From the NCBI GenBank assembly GCA_036339735.1, contig JAYZAL010000038.1, positions 32,001 through 96,000 of the forward strand: 64,000 nt of DNA, read 5' to 3'. Source of the DNA: Candidatus Poribacteria bacterium (GTDB lineage Bacteria; Poribacteria; WGA-4E; UBA9662). The notes beneath the pieces are model-generated. The model ran no database searches and was not told where the DNA came from. It saw nothing but the letters and a program-made list of their open reading frames with translations. A program made the translations under genes and the position numbers. Of the stretch, positions 10,389-20,679 are shown piece by piece. The first letter of the stretch is position 1. The number at the start of each line of letters is the position of its first letter.

Positions 10389-11210
10389 TTAACTCCTACT
10401 CATCGTTTGTTCATATCTTTTGGCCATTTCAGTCCTCTGTTGTTGAAGATAAATTTGTTCCAACTCTCGAGCATTATCTTCACATGGGACTCTGGGTACT
10501 TCAATTATTGCCGTAGTAATCTGATCGTTTCCCCATTTGTAGGCGACAATTTCTCCATGGCTAATAATCAAGTTCATACCTACGTTGGCTTCAACTATTG
10601 GCACTCCATTTTCTCTGGCTCGAGCCAAGACCGTTTGGTTTTGTGCTTTACTCTTAGAACCATATGATGGAATCAAAATCAAGTTAGCGCCATCTAACAC
10701 TAATGTTCGGATGATAAGTGGATTCCACCGGTCATTGCAAATAGCAATCCCAACTCGCCCTAGAGGAGTGTCAAAAGCACGTAACACCTGTCCAACTCGA
10801 TTGAAGTTCCAGGATGGATGAGTACCTTCCGCTAATTGTGTTTTATGATATTTGCCAGAAATTTGCCCGTCATAATCGATAAAAATAGCTGCATTGAAAA
10901 TCTCGTTTCCAATCCGCTCTGCAAAGCCGAAACTGATACAAGTATTCAGGCTGTTTGCCAAGCGTTGAAACCGCCGGATATAAGATCCATTGATCGGTTC
11001 TGCTAAATCAAGCATTTCCTCTGGAGTTCGAATTTGGTTGATCACATCCATTATGACGTAACCTTCTAGGACGCCTTCAGTAGTGACAATGAGATCTGGT
11101 TTATCTTTGGCTGCTTCAACAAAGAAAGACTCCATTTTATCAGCGTTAGTATCTTTATCCCATTTAACAGGTCGAAGCGAAATCGCAGAAACTTTGAATG
11201 CGTCAAACAT
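10389..11210 (-). CDS. Carbon-nitrogen hydrolase (nitrilase superfamily)
   Basis: Glu-Lys-Cys triad contexts TTEG, KYHKTQL and IAICND. Confidence 0.85.
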   Translation of the reverse strand: MFDAFKVSAISLRPVKWDKDTNADKMESFFVEAAKDKPDLIVTTEGVLEGYVIMDVINQIRTPEEMLDLAEPINGSYIRRFQRLANSLNTCISFGFAERIGNEIFNAAIFIDYDGQISGKYHKTQLAEGTHPSWNFNRVGQVLRAFDTPLGRVGIAICNDRWNPLIIRTLVLDGANLILIPSYGSKSKAQNQTVLARARENGVPIVEANVGMNLIISHGEIVAYKWGNDQITTAIIEVPRVPCEDNARELEQIYLQQQRTEMAKRYEQTMSRS

Positions 11211-11598
11211 ATGGCTTGTACTACCAAATCGGGGTAATTTAGTGTTAGTTTCTTATTCTAGACAAAAAAAACATTATTAGCAAGAAACCGGGCCAAAAAT
11301 GGACATTTTCCCGTATAGAGGAATAAAATCAAGTCCCGCCCCAAATTACAAAATAGCTGTTGTTTCTCTAAAAAAATTATCGCTCAATTTAAATACTTAA
11401 ATATTTAAATACAGAAAGCGGAAAATAACGAGAAATAAAAATCTAGCTAGCCCATACATAGTTCTTAAGATACATCAACCGATTGACAGTCTTCATTTTA
11501 GCTATTTTTATATTTCTATTGGAGGTAATCCCCAATCAATAATAGAAATATAATTTTGGGTGTTGTACAATAGCTCCCTACTTGCGTAGGAATTTACC

Positions 11599-12420
11599 AT
11601 GACACCTGAATAACGTTTCCTACTTGATGTCTCAGGATATCTGCATTTGAAAAGCGTATTAATCGGTAAAGAACTTGAGCAATGCCAAAAGAGTGTAGAA
11701 CAGTGTATTCGTACACCTGTTGATCAACTTCCATCAGGAATGAGTAGTTCTTACCCTGGTACAGATACGAGTATCGGTGGAATTGGTAGTGGGTTTTCAT
11801 ACAATAAATCATTGGAGCAGTTGCTTTTCCATCCGGACACTTGGCCTATTGTCAAAGAACTAACCGATAACAAACCTCGGTTCGATAGAGGTACCTTAGC
11901 GGTTAATACACATCTTACTACTCAAATGACCCCACTTTACTGCGCTAGAGAGGACTTTGGCTGGCAAAGTACTCGATATGGGTATAGGAACGGACGCATA
12001 TTCTGTGATACTTTTGTCATCTTCTTTTACTTCACTGATGTTTATCCAGGCGATGGTGGATTAATTGTTGTGCCGGGTTCACATAGGGTTGAGGTTCAAC
12101 GCCCTGCAAATTACTTTTTTCCTGATCTCAAGAACCCGAAAATTGATAATTTACCACAGATTACAAACATAACTCCTAAGGCTGGAGACGTCATTGTGAT
12201 CTCAGAACTTCTAACCCACGGAGCATTGATATGGAAACCGACAGACCGAGAAAGAAGATTTCTAATCCTTTGCTACAACCCACAATATTTTTATTATCAG
12301 AATGGTATTCGTGATGAAGTGATACCTAGACTTTCACCAGAAACAAAAGAATTGATCGCTTTTGCCTCTTTTACAGAAACCAAGGATATTTGCAACCGAG
12401 AAGTAATTGAGTTATCGTAA
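11599..12420 (+). pseudogene. PhyH-like Fe(II)/2OG oxygenase with a premature stop at codon 5
   Basis: ATG 11599 gives MTPE*RFLLDVSGYLHLK, with TAA at 11611-11613, in frame with the 11647 ORF and matching paralog starts (MTEEQKYLFDLQGY). The first iron-ligand His position reads Tyr (LYCARED). Confidence 0.75.
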
Positions 12421-12677
12421 TTCCACACTAGCTCAAATAGCATTTAGGTTGCGTATTACAACTCAGCTTCCAACTCTTTATCCTAAGATCCAGATAGCAA
12501 TATCCGACTTCATTTGTATTGAATCAAAAAATCACCTACATTTACCTGAGATGCGTACTGAATAACTGTACTAATCTACGGCCCCCAACTTCGCTCCGGA
12601 AATTTTACGATATCGTTTGCAATTACTTAATCACAGCCGAGCTATCAAGAGGGAAGAACTAAAATTTTTCGTAGGGC

Positions 12678-13133
12678 ATGAATGGAAATAAACGCTTCAA
12701 AACTAAAATTGATTGGTGGTTGGCTGCCTTATTGTGCGTATCGCCCCTCATTTCTCTTCTTACGCTGTTAGGTTTCTACTTACTTGGTATTTCCTATGCA
12801 TGGCTAAGCTGGCTTGGGGTTCTAATTGTTGGTTTAATCTACGCTGGGCTGATTTTCCCGTTGTATTATGAACTCGAAGAAAAAACTTTGTTGATACGAT
12901 TCGGGTGTATTCGTTCCAGAATACCTTACCAACGTATCAACAAAGTTATTCCGACTCGCAGTACAAGTTCCAGCCCAGCCTTATCCTTAGATAGACTCTA
13001 CATAGATACAGGGGATAATTTAGCCGTTAATATATCCCCAGCCAATAAAATTCGTTTCTTACAAGCTCTGGAAGAAAAAGCCAATCATCTTGTATTGATC
13101 GACAATCAGTTAGTAATAAAAAATGAGTTATAA
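12678..13133 (+). CDS. Membrane protein with a bacterial PH domain (bPH_5-like)
   Basis: F..KIDWW, two transmembrane segments, and the SSPALSLDRL.I...ISP motif. Confidence 0.75.
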   Translation: MNGNKRFKTKIDWWLAALLCVSPLISLLTLLGFYLLGISYAWLSWLGVLIVGLIYAGLIFPLYYELEEKTLLIRFGCIRSRIPYQRINKVIPTRSTSSSPALSLDRLYIDTGDNLAVNISPANKIRFLQALEEKANHLVLIDNQLVIKNEL

Positions 13134-13494
13134 GAAGTTGGGTTTTTGTACAAATTTTTTATCCGACATCAATACAAACTATAAAATTGGTGGTCTCTGT
13201 TTACCTGACAAGATAAGAGGAGACTATAAACAATGTCATGCTGCAGATTTGAGTAACGATTATTCTAATCTAAATAATGTGTTAGCATATACACGGTAAG
13301 TCGATAGAAAAGATAGATTTGACTCTTGTTAAAAAGTAGGGGGTATAATTTTAGCTGTCGATACAAACTAGGAAAACAGAACTTGGATATATTGTCAAAG
13401 TTTTTAGACTTGAACTTACAAACAAATCATATAAAGAGATTGACATTCTCTAAGTGCAAAAGCAAGTATAATACCTATTTGAGGGAACAAAATA

Positions 13495-14109
13495 ATGTTG
13501 CAGGTTAATAAATGGTACTACCGGTTTCTAATAACGTTGTCTATTATTTTTCTGGTTAGCTGTCAGAGTAAGGAAACACCCAAAGAATTAACAAATACAT
13601 CCATCCAGAGTCAACCCTCCAGTAATACTTCTCAGGTCCAAAAAGATACTAATTTGAATTACACCGCGGCCAGTGGTTGGATACGACAACAACCATCTTC
13701 ATCAATGAGACACGATCAATATGAATTACCTGGTCCTAAAGGTGTTGAAGCTGCAACCTTAGCAATCTTTAAGGGGATTGGTGGATCAATCAGTAGCAAT
13801 ATCGACCGATGGAAAAAGCAATTCGTACTGCCTCCAAATGGTTCAGATCCTGACTCGGTTAGGAAAGAATCCAAGGTTATCAATCAAATACCAGTACATA
13901 TTGTTGCTGTACAAGGGACTTACCTTAAGCCTAGAATGCCGATGATGATGGATGGTCCCAAAGTGGAACTCAAAAATTATGCTCTACTGGCAGCAATAGC
14001 TGAAACTAAGGATGGATTATGGTTTTTCAAAATAACTGGACCTGAAAAAACTGTTATGATGTGGCAAAACGATTTTGACAATTTCATCGGTACATTTAGA
14101 TTAAATTGA
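13495..14109 (+). CDS. Hypothetical lipoprotein
   Basis: Lipobox LVSC. Conserved-looking SSMR, GGSISSNIDRWKKQF and WFFKITGP segments. Confidence 0.7.
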   Translation: MLQVNKWYYRFLITLSIIFLVSCQSKETPKELTNTSIQSQPSSNTSQVQKDTNLNYTAASGWIRQQPSSSMRHDQYELPGPKGVEAATLAIFKGIGGSISSNIDRWKKQFVLPPNGSDPDSVRKESKVINQIPVHIVAVQGTYLKPRMPMMMDGPKVELKNYALLAAIAETKDGLWFFKITGPEKTVMMWQNDFDNFIGTFRLN

Positions 14110-14226
14110 TTAATTCTATGTTTTTCGCACTGCATCTAAATCAATTCTTGTTTAAGATAAGGTCTAATAATTTTTGTGTTTTAGCTAGCTCAAATCATAC
14201 ACTAAATCAACTGAGTAAGTAACCCT

Positions 14227-15054
14227 ATGGTCGAGTTGACAAATAAACAAAGAGATAGTTTCTTTCGGACTGGTTTTTTCATCGTGCCAGGTGTCTTTGA
14301 TTCAGATGAAATTAAGGAGATGAAGAATAGCTTTCAAGCACTGCAAAAGACGGCTTTTTCCCTTGCTAATCTGCACCTGGAACAATTAAAACAAGAGAAA
14401 GAGACCTATATAATGCATCGGGGAGCACAATTTGTCTTAGGTCAAGTACAGAGAGGTACTCACTCAGGGCAACCTGCTATTCGCCGGATTTCATGGTGTG
14501 GTGCAGCAGAACCAACGTTGTCAAGATATGGAAAAGATCCTCGACTATTGTCTGTGGCCAGCCAATTACTGGGGGCTAAAAAGATGAATCAGCTAATCAA
14601 TCAGGCTCATTTTAAATTGCCCGGGGACGAAGTATTTTTTGAATGGCATCAAGATAGTACCCATCGCGGTTATGGTGGGAAATATTGGCAAGATATCAAC
14701 GGGCAAGGAAGTTATGTGCAAACCCTGATAGCACTGGATGAGATTACTAGTACTAATGGCCCCGTTTGCTTCATTCCTAATTCTGTTAAATTGGGGCATC
14801 TGGATCTACCCCAAAATCTGAATAACTGTTTAGCAACAGGAAAAATCAGATTAGAAGATGCCATTCCTATTGAAATGCAGGAGGGAAGTTTAGCAGTTTT
14901 TCACCCTTATGTTATTCATGGTAGCGAGCCTAACCGCTCAAAAGAAACACGCCGAGCATTCATCAATGGATATGCTTACCCGGGGGCTAACGCTAGAAAA
15001 TATCCTGGAGAAGGCGCTGGCCGAATTGTTGTCAGCAAACCGTCGCTAAACTAA
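14227..15054 (+). CDS. PhyH-family Fe(II)/2OG dioxygenase (canonical HxD)
   Basis: WHQD...HGS.PN...RR motifs. Confidence 0.85.
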   Translation: MVELTNKQRDSFFRTGFFIVPGVFDSDEIKEMKNSFQALQKTAFSLANLHLEQLKQEKETYIMHRGAQFVLGQVQRGTHSGQPAIRRISWCGAAEPTLSRYGKDPRLLSVASQLLGAKKMNQLINQAHFKLPGDEVFFEWHQDSTHRGYGGKYWQDINGQGSYVQTLIALDEITSTNGPVCFIPNSVKLGHLDLPQNLNNCLATGKIRLEDAIPIEMQEGSLAVFHPYVIHGSEPNRSKETRRAFINGYAYPGANARKYPGEGAGRIVVSKPSLN

Positions 15055-15066
15055 CCATTAGTTGAG

Positions 15067-15618
15067 ATGGAGATTAATAAAGCAGCTTTGCAGCTTACTT
15101 TTTTCATCTCCATCTCAACTAATCTGCTAGCACTAGAGCATATAGACAAAAAGCGAGTACTCGCAGTAGAAATATTGTCTTTTAGCTTTGGAGGTTTCTT
15201 GGGATATTACGGAACCCAAGTAGGTAATGGTAAATATGAAATTGGATTAGGTTTGGGTTATTTTGAGCCTAATGGTGAAAATGTAAATGCAATTGGTTTT
15301 TATCCATCCATACGGGCTTTTCACTTTGGTCGCCCGAAAGGTGTGTTTTATGAAGCTGGATTTGGTCTGGGAAGATTCAACTGGGATTACAAAGAATCAT
15401 CTCAACCAATAAAAAAAATATTGTTGTTTCCTTCACTCTACCTTGGATACAGAGTAGTATCATCAAAATTAGGGTTAACTTTTACATCCTACCTTGGAAC
15501 AAATTATATTTCTAGTTCATTGCAAGCACCAGATGGAAAGGTTGCAAAATTTGGAGACATTAGGCTAAATCGTGGCTTATCACCAGCGTTAGGTATGGAG
15601 ATAGGGTATTTATTTTGA
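15067..15618 (+). CDS. Small putative outer-membrane beta-barrel protein
   Basis: Signal peptide, alternating Gly/aromatic strands and C-terminal IGYLF beta-signal. Confidence 0.55.
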   Translation: MEINKAALQLTFFISISTNLLALEHIDKKRVLAVEILSFSFGGFLGYYGTQVGNGKYEIGLGLGYFEPNGENVNAIGFYPSIRAFHFGRPKGVFYEAGFGLGRFNWDYKESSQPIKKILLFPSLYLGYRVVSSKLGLTFTSYLGTNYISSSLQAPDGKVAKFGDIRLNRGLSPALGMEIGYLF

Positions 15619-15687
15619 TATCAATCTTTTTTAAGGAAGATTAATAATCAACTTTCAGAACCTGAATTAAAAAAGTGAGGGAATAAC

Positions 15688-16431
15688 ATGACCGAAGAGC
15701 AGAAATATCTATTTGATCTTCAAGGGTATATTGTACTGAAGGATGTTGTACCATCATCTGTTATAGCGAGATGTAATCAATCACTAGATCGACTTGAGGA
15801 TATGCGTCCCCAAGATTTCCCTCCACCTCTTTGCTTAGGCACACAAAAAACAGAAAAAGAACTCTATATTTCTAATATTCTGGAATCTGATACTGCTTTC
15901 AATTTTTTGATTGATATTCCTGAAGTTTTATCAATAATTGATGGTGTGACCTATGGTTCATATCGACTTAATCACACCTATACTATCTATCGGTGGGCAG
16001 ACGGTTATTCAGGCTTACATGGGCACAATACCCCAATCAGTTATAAATGCCAGTATCATTTCCGCGATGGTGAAATGATTTCAACCTTAACCAAGGCCGT
16101 CTTTCCATTAATTGATTGTAGGGTTGAGGATGGTTGTTTTGCTGCTATTCCAGGGTCACATAAAAGTAATTTTAATCGGCCTTGGGGTAACCATCCTGAT
16201 GAAAACCCAGTTTTGATGCCAATCCTAGCGGATGTTGGAGACGCTATCATTTTCACTGAAGCGTTAACACATGGTTCTGTGGTCAATACTTCAGGTCGCC
16301 CACGACGAACTCTTTATTACTGTTACAGCGTTGGCTACATGCCAGACTGGGGCGGACAAGGATTAACCTTTAGTGATCACGTTATGGAAGGTTTGACAGA
16401 AGCTCAAAAAGAAATCATCCGCCTAAAATAA
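15688..16431 (+). CDS. PhyH-like Fe(II)/2OG enzyme, FDLQGY subfamily (HGH in place of HxD)
   Basis: FDLQGY, GLHGH, IPGSHKSNF, EALTHG and RR motifs. Confidence 0.8.
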   Translation: MTEEQKYLFDLQGYIVLKDVVPSSVIARCNQSLDRLEDMRPQDFPPPLCLGTQKTEKELYISNILESDTAFNFLIDIPEVLSIIDGVTYGSYRLNHTYTIYRWADGYSGLHGHNTPISYKCQYHFRDGEMISTLTKAVFPLIDCRVEDGCFAAIPGSHKSNFNRPWGNHPDENPVLMPILADVGDAIIFTEALTHGSVVNTSGRPRRTLYYCYSVGYMPDWGGQGLTFSDHVMEGLTEAQKEIIRLK

Positions 16432-16491
16432 GTATTTTGCCTTGAACAAGTAGTATCTGTAATAAGCATTCAAGTAATTGTAAATCTCGTT

Positions 16492-17934
16492 TTGAGGAAT
16501 ATATTAAAATTAAGAAAAAATTCGGTATTTCTAATCATTCTGGCTTATCTAACGAGCATCGTTAATGCCGAAGAGTCAGTAAATGATGTTTTAACAAGGG
16601 ATACTATATTTCCATCTGATCGAGTTTTAGACGTTAAAATTACCATCGACCCCGAAGATTGGAATACTATTTGCCATCAAAGTCGAGACTTTCGGACTGC
16701 ATTAGCCGATAGGCGACAATACCATCCCATTGCCCATCCTTATACATACGTCGAAGCCATGGTTTCCATTGATGGAATTGGATTTGATCGTGTAGGCATT
16801 CGCAAAAAAGGATTTATTGGTTCTCAAAATCTAACCCGACCATCACTCAAAATAAAGCTAAATCACCTAGATAAACAGGGCCAGATTGATGGGGTAACGA
16901 ATTTGACTTTTAACAATAATCAACAAGATACTAGTCTGATTAGTCAATTTATGGGCTATGGATTGTTTAATGCGGCTGGTTTGCCTGCCCCACGTTGTGC
17001 TTATGCACACTTGAGTGTCAATGGTCAGAGTTTAGGTATTTATTCACATGTAGAAAGAATACATCGATCTTTTCTGAAGCGAAATTTTGGTGCTGATGAC
17101 GGAGTCTTATATGAGGGAACCGTAGTAGATTTTTTTGAAGATTGGTCAGGAAGTTTTGAAAAAAAACTAGGCAAAGACAAAATAGGTCGTCCGAGAATTA
17201 AACAGCTAATTCGTGCGCTACAGCTCGATAATCATGAAATTGAAAGTGCGATGAACGATTTGATTGATCTAAACTCTTTTTATCTGTTTTGGGCAATGGA
17301 AGGATTACTAGGTGCTTGGGATGGTTACTCAGGAAATAGTAATAATTTTTTTGTTTATTTAAATTCAGACACAAATAAATTTCACTTTATTCCTTGGGGA
17401 GCAGACAGTTTATTTGAGCGATTCAGTCACATCAAGGACGATAGGAAAGATCCTATTTCTGTCAAGACCAAAGGGTTGGTAGCACACAGGCTATACCAAT
17501 TAACATCAGGTCGCCGGCGCTATGAACATGCATTAAGAGAAATTTTAGAAAAGCATTGGAGCGAAAAAGATCTTATATCAGAAACAGAAAGATTAGAGGA
17601 GTTACTCAAACCCCATCTGTTAATTTATCAAAAATCCAGAATCAGCTTTCAAACTCAGAATAAAGCCAAAAGTAAACGGAACGAGAGAGATTTCGATCAA
17701 TCGTTAGAACAATTTATCGAATCGATAAAAAAGAAAAAGAAATTTATTCGTAAACGACGAACTGAAATTATGAGGGAAATTTCCGGAGGAATGCCAGAGT
17801 GGGATACTGATCCGGAATTACCATTTCTCATTAGTGGTATGGAGAAAGCTATGTCATTTTTCGCTGGTTGTATAGGTGGAGGGTGTATTGGGTTTTCTGC
17901 AGCAATACTGGTTGGTTGGCTGATCGATCTTTAG
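16492..17934 (+). CDS. CotH-family kinase-like protein
   Basis: VGIRKKG, RPSLKIK, NNNQQD, GIYSHVE, WDGY.GNSNNFF and FIPWGAD motifs, plus a C-terminal hydrophobic tail. Confidence 0.85.
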   Translation: MRNILKLRKNSVFLIILAYLTSIVNAEESVNDVLTRDTIFPSDRVLDVKITIDPEDWNTICHQSRDFRTALADRRQYHPIAHPYTYVEAMVSIDGIGFDRVGIRKKGFIGSQNLTRPSLKIKLNHLDKQGQIDGVTNLTFNNNQQDTSLISQFMGYGLFNAAGLPAPRCAYAHLSVNGQSLGIYSHVERIHRSFLKRNFGADDGVLYEGTVVDFFEDWSGSFEKKLGKDKIGRPRIKQLIRALQLDNHEIESAMNDLIDLNSFYLFWAMEGLLGAWDGYSGNSNNFFVYLNSDTNKFHFIPWGADSLFERFSHIKDDRKDPISVKTKGLVAHRLYQLTSGRRRYEHALREILEKHWSEKDLISETERLEELLKPHLLIYQKSRISFQTQNKAKSKRNERDFDQSLEQFIESIKKKKKFIRKRRTEIMREISGGMPEWDTDPELPFLISGMEKAMSFFAGCIGGGCIGFSAAILVGWLIDL

Positions 17935-18095
17935 TCTCAGGATAAGATTTATCTCTATCTGAGTAATTAACATGTCAAATCATAGATTGACTACAAGACA
18001 ATAATTAATTATCCTAGAAATAGCTCGAACTAATTTGTTTCTTCACTATTACTTTTAGTTTCACCATCTTTTATAAACTGTGATTACGTGATTTT

Positions 18096-19934
18096 ATGCT
18101 CAACTTGCGACAGCTCCTTTTTCAATTAATTCGATTTCCGGTTGTTTTAGTAATTCTTGGCATCTTTGTGTTAATCATAGGTCACGGTTGTGTGAAAGAA
18201 GACCCAGCTGAAAAATTACCCACTTCCGATAGAGGTTCAACTCTTATTTCAAAAGTTGATAGAAAAGACACTGTAATTTTTGATCTTGGTGGTAATGTTA
18301 TTCCTGATCCACATAATCTCAATCCATTGGTCCCCTCACCAACAGGACCTGGTATGCATCAGTGTGTGTGGGAACCTTTGTTTATTTTGAATTATGAGAC
18401 AGCAGAAATTGAGTCCTGGATTGGAGAATCCTTTATATCTAATCAAGAACTTGATGTTTGGACGCTAACGATTCGACCTGATGTTAAGTGGTCGGACGGT
18501 GAAGCCTTTACGGCAGACGATATTATTTTCACCATTAATACCCTACTTGCTGATGACACTCAATCTCTTGGAGATTCCGCTAGTATGCAACAGTGGGTCG
18601 AACGAGTTGAAAAGGTTGGACTTCTGAAGATCATATTTTATCTGAAGAGCCCCAACCCTCGTTTCAAATTAGATTATTTTTCGGTGCGAGTTGGTGGTAG
18701 CATGGTCATCTTACCAGAACACATATGGAGTGATAAAGATCCTTCTACTTTCAAGTTTTACGATCCCAAAAAAGGGTGGCCAATTGGTACAGGCGCCTAC
18801 CGCTTGGTCAGTACTAGTATGAACGAGGTTGTTTTTGATCGTCGAGACGACTGGTGGGGAGCCAAGTCAGGCTTCCAACCCTTGCCCGAGCCTAAACGTT
18901 TGATTTGGTTAATTACGGGCGTAGAAGAGAATCGGGCTTTACTGGCGGCGAATAGCGAACTCGATAGTCTTACTGATATAACATTGGGTGCGTTCGAGAG
19001 TATTCGTGCCCAAAATTCTAATATAGTAGCCTGGAAAGATGAGATGCCTTATGCATGGCTGGACCCTTGCCCAAGGCAGCTATCGGTCAATCATACAATT
19101 CCTCCTTGGGATAACCCAAAAATGAGGAAGGCTATTAGCTTGATTATTGATCGACAGCAGATTGTTAAAATCGCTTATGAGGATACCTCATTTCCTTCCA
19201 AAACAATTTTCGTTGAGTATCCAGCAATGAAGCCATATATAGATGCTATTCAGGACCTTTGGATCGACCCAAAAAGTAACGTTTCAGCCGGGCGGCAACT
19301 AATTGAAGCTGAAGGTTGGCAACTCGGAAGCAACGGATATTACCAAAAGTCAGGTGAAGAACTTTCTCTGAACATACAAACACATGCAGCGGCAATTGAG
19401 CTACGACGAGTAGGAGATGTGATTGTCGAACAACTAAGATCGGCAGGGATTTTGGCTACTAATCGTGCTATTACTGGAGCAACTTGGCAGGAGAATAAAG
19501 CTTTTGGTAAATTTGAGGCCGTGGTAGATTGGGATGCTTGTGGATCGGTTAATGAACCTTGGTTGTCGATGAATCGGTACACTAACCGATTTCTACGTCC
19601 CGTTAACCAAAGGTCTCCTAGTGGTAATAACCATGTACGCTGGAGTGGTAGCCGAGCAGATAAATACAGTGAAATTGTGGCAAAAATCGGGGTTATGCCA
19701 CTTGGGGATCCGAAAATTGAGGCTATGGTAATCGAGGCCATGAAACTCTTTATGGATGATCAAGTAGTAATTCCAATAACTCAGGCCCGGAAACTAGTCC
19801 CGTTTATTACCACTTATTGGGAAGGTTGGCCAACAGCTAAAAACAATTATTTTCATCCACCAACTTGGTGGATGAGTACACATCGGATCATTCAGGGCCT
19901 AAGAAGGACTGGAAACAACCCTAATAGAAAATAA
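18096..19934 (+). CDS. Family-5 ABC transporter substrate-binding lipoprotein (oligosaccharide/peptide type)
   Basis: Lipobox HGC. WSDGEAFTADDIIFT, GTGAY and YWEGWPT motifs. Confidence 0.9.
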   Translation: MLNLRQLLFQLIRFPVVLVILGIFVLIIGHGCVKEDPAEKLPTSDRGSTLISKVDRKDTVIFDLGGNVIPDPHNLNPLVPSPTGPGMHQCVWEPLFILNYETAEIESWIGESFISNQELDVWTLTIRPDVKWSDGEAFTADDIIFTINTLLADDTQSLGDSASMQQWVERVEKVGLLKIIFYLKSPNPRFKLDYFSVRVGGSMVILPEHIWSDKDPSTFKFYDPKKGWPIGTGAYRLVSTSMNEVVFDRRDDWWGAKSGFQPLPEPKRLIWLITGVEENRALLAANSELDSLTDITLGAFESIRAQNSNIVAWKDEMPYAWLDPCPRQLSVNHTIPPWDNPKMRKAISLIIDRQQIVKIAYEDTSFPSKTIFVEYPAMKPYIDAIQDLWIDPKSNVSAGRQLIEAEGWQLGSNGYYQKSGEELSLNIQTHAAAIELRRVGDVIVEQLRSAGILATNRAITGATWQENKAFGKFEAVVDWDACGSVNEPWLSMNRYTNRFLRPVNQRSPSGNNHVRWSGSRADKYSEIVAKIGVMPLGDPKIEAMVIEAMKLFMDDQVVIPITQARKLVPFITTYWEGWPTAKNNYFHPPTWWMSTHRIIQGLRRTGNNPNRK

Positions 19935-20384
19935 ATGCTGTCTGACCTTATATCCTACTTGTACTAACAACAACTATTTGCTAGACACCCTTGGCGCTTA
20001 ACCGACCAAAATTTCCTTTTTCACGGGCTTTCTATCTTAAAATTGAGATTCTCTAACATTTTGCCAGGCTTTTAACTTTCCATACTAATTGTGTAAGATT
20101 AATCTATGATATGAAATCCATTTCTCACTGATCCTCTAGAGACTTTGATGAGGTTTTTATAATTTTATTATCTTCCCTGATTCTTACTGACCTATCTATA
20201 TAGAACAGATTCTCTTATTTCGCTCTTCAATTAGTGTTTCTCAAGAGCAGAAAGGCTAAACTCGTACGTAGCCGAAGACTCAGCTATTTAGCGACCCAAA
20301 AATCAAGATCAATAGACTCCTTTGTCTTATCAGTAGTCATTTTTTAAACTTGGTAACCTTGAACTCTTGTTGGTAGGATTATTT

Positions 20385-20576
20385 CTACATCGTATTTTCC
20401 CGAGCTAATTCTATTTTATTACGATAACTCCGTATGAGTCTTTGATAAAATCCGTCTATTTTTGACCATTCTGTCGCATTCATACTTTGATATTGATGTT
20501 TTTTCTTTTCTGCAACTACGTTTCTGATGAGTTCTTTATAGTGTGTGACATCATGCTGCTTGCTAGTATTTATCAT
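20385..20576 (-). CDS. Small basic hypothetical protein (63 aa)
   Basis: Strong RBS (TAAGGAG) just upstream of the ATG and a helical composition. No family recognised. Confidence 0.5.
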   Translation of the reverse strand: MINTSKQHDVTHYKELIRNVVAEKKKHQYQSMNATEWSKIDGFYQRLIRSYRNKIELARENTM

Positions 20577-20679
20577 AGTAAATCTCCTTAAATTTCTAGT
20601 TTTGTTTTCTTGAGTCTGTAGACAATTTGAGTCAGGTTATAAAACTTTTAGCCCATAAGCTTGTTACCGCTTGATTTTT

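Noticed and set aside
8227-11613. In-frame TAG and TAA suggesting stop-codon reassignment or readthrough
   Set aside because: TAA, TAG and TGA all terminate intact genes in this window, and both interrupted genes show other signs of decay.
13319-13472. Two TTGAC(T/A)...TATAAT pairs upstream of the 13495 lipoprotein (possible MerR-type promoter or CIRCE)
   Set aside because: The spacers are 19 and 21 nt with no convincing dyad, and there is no CIRCE match. A promoter is likely here but cannot be specified.
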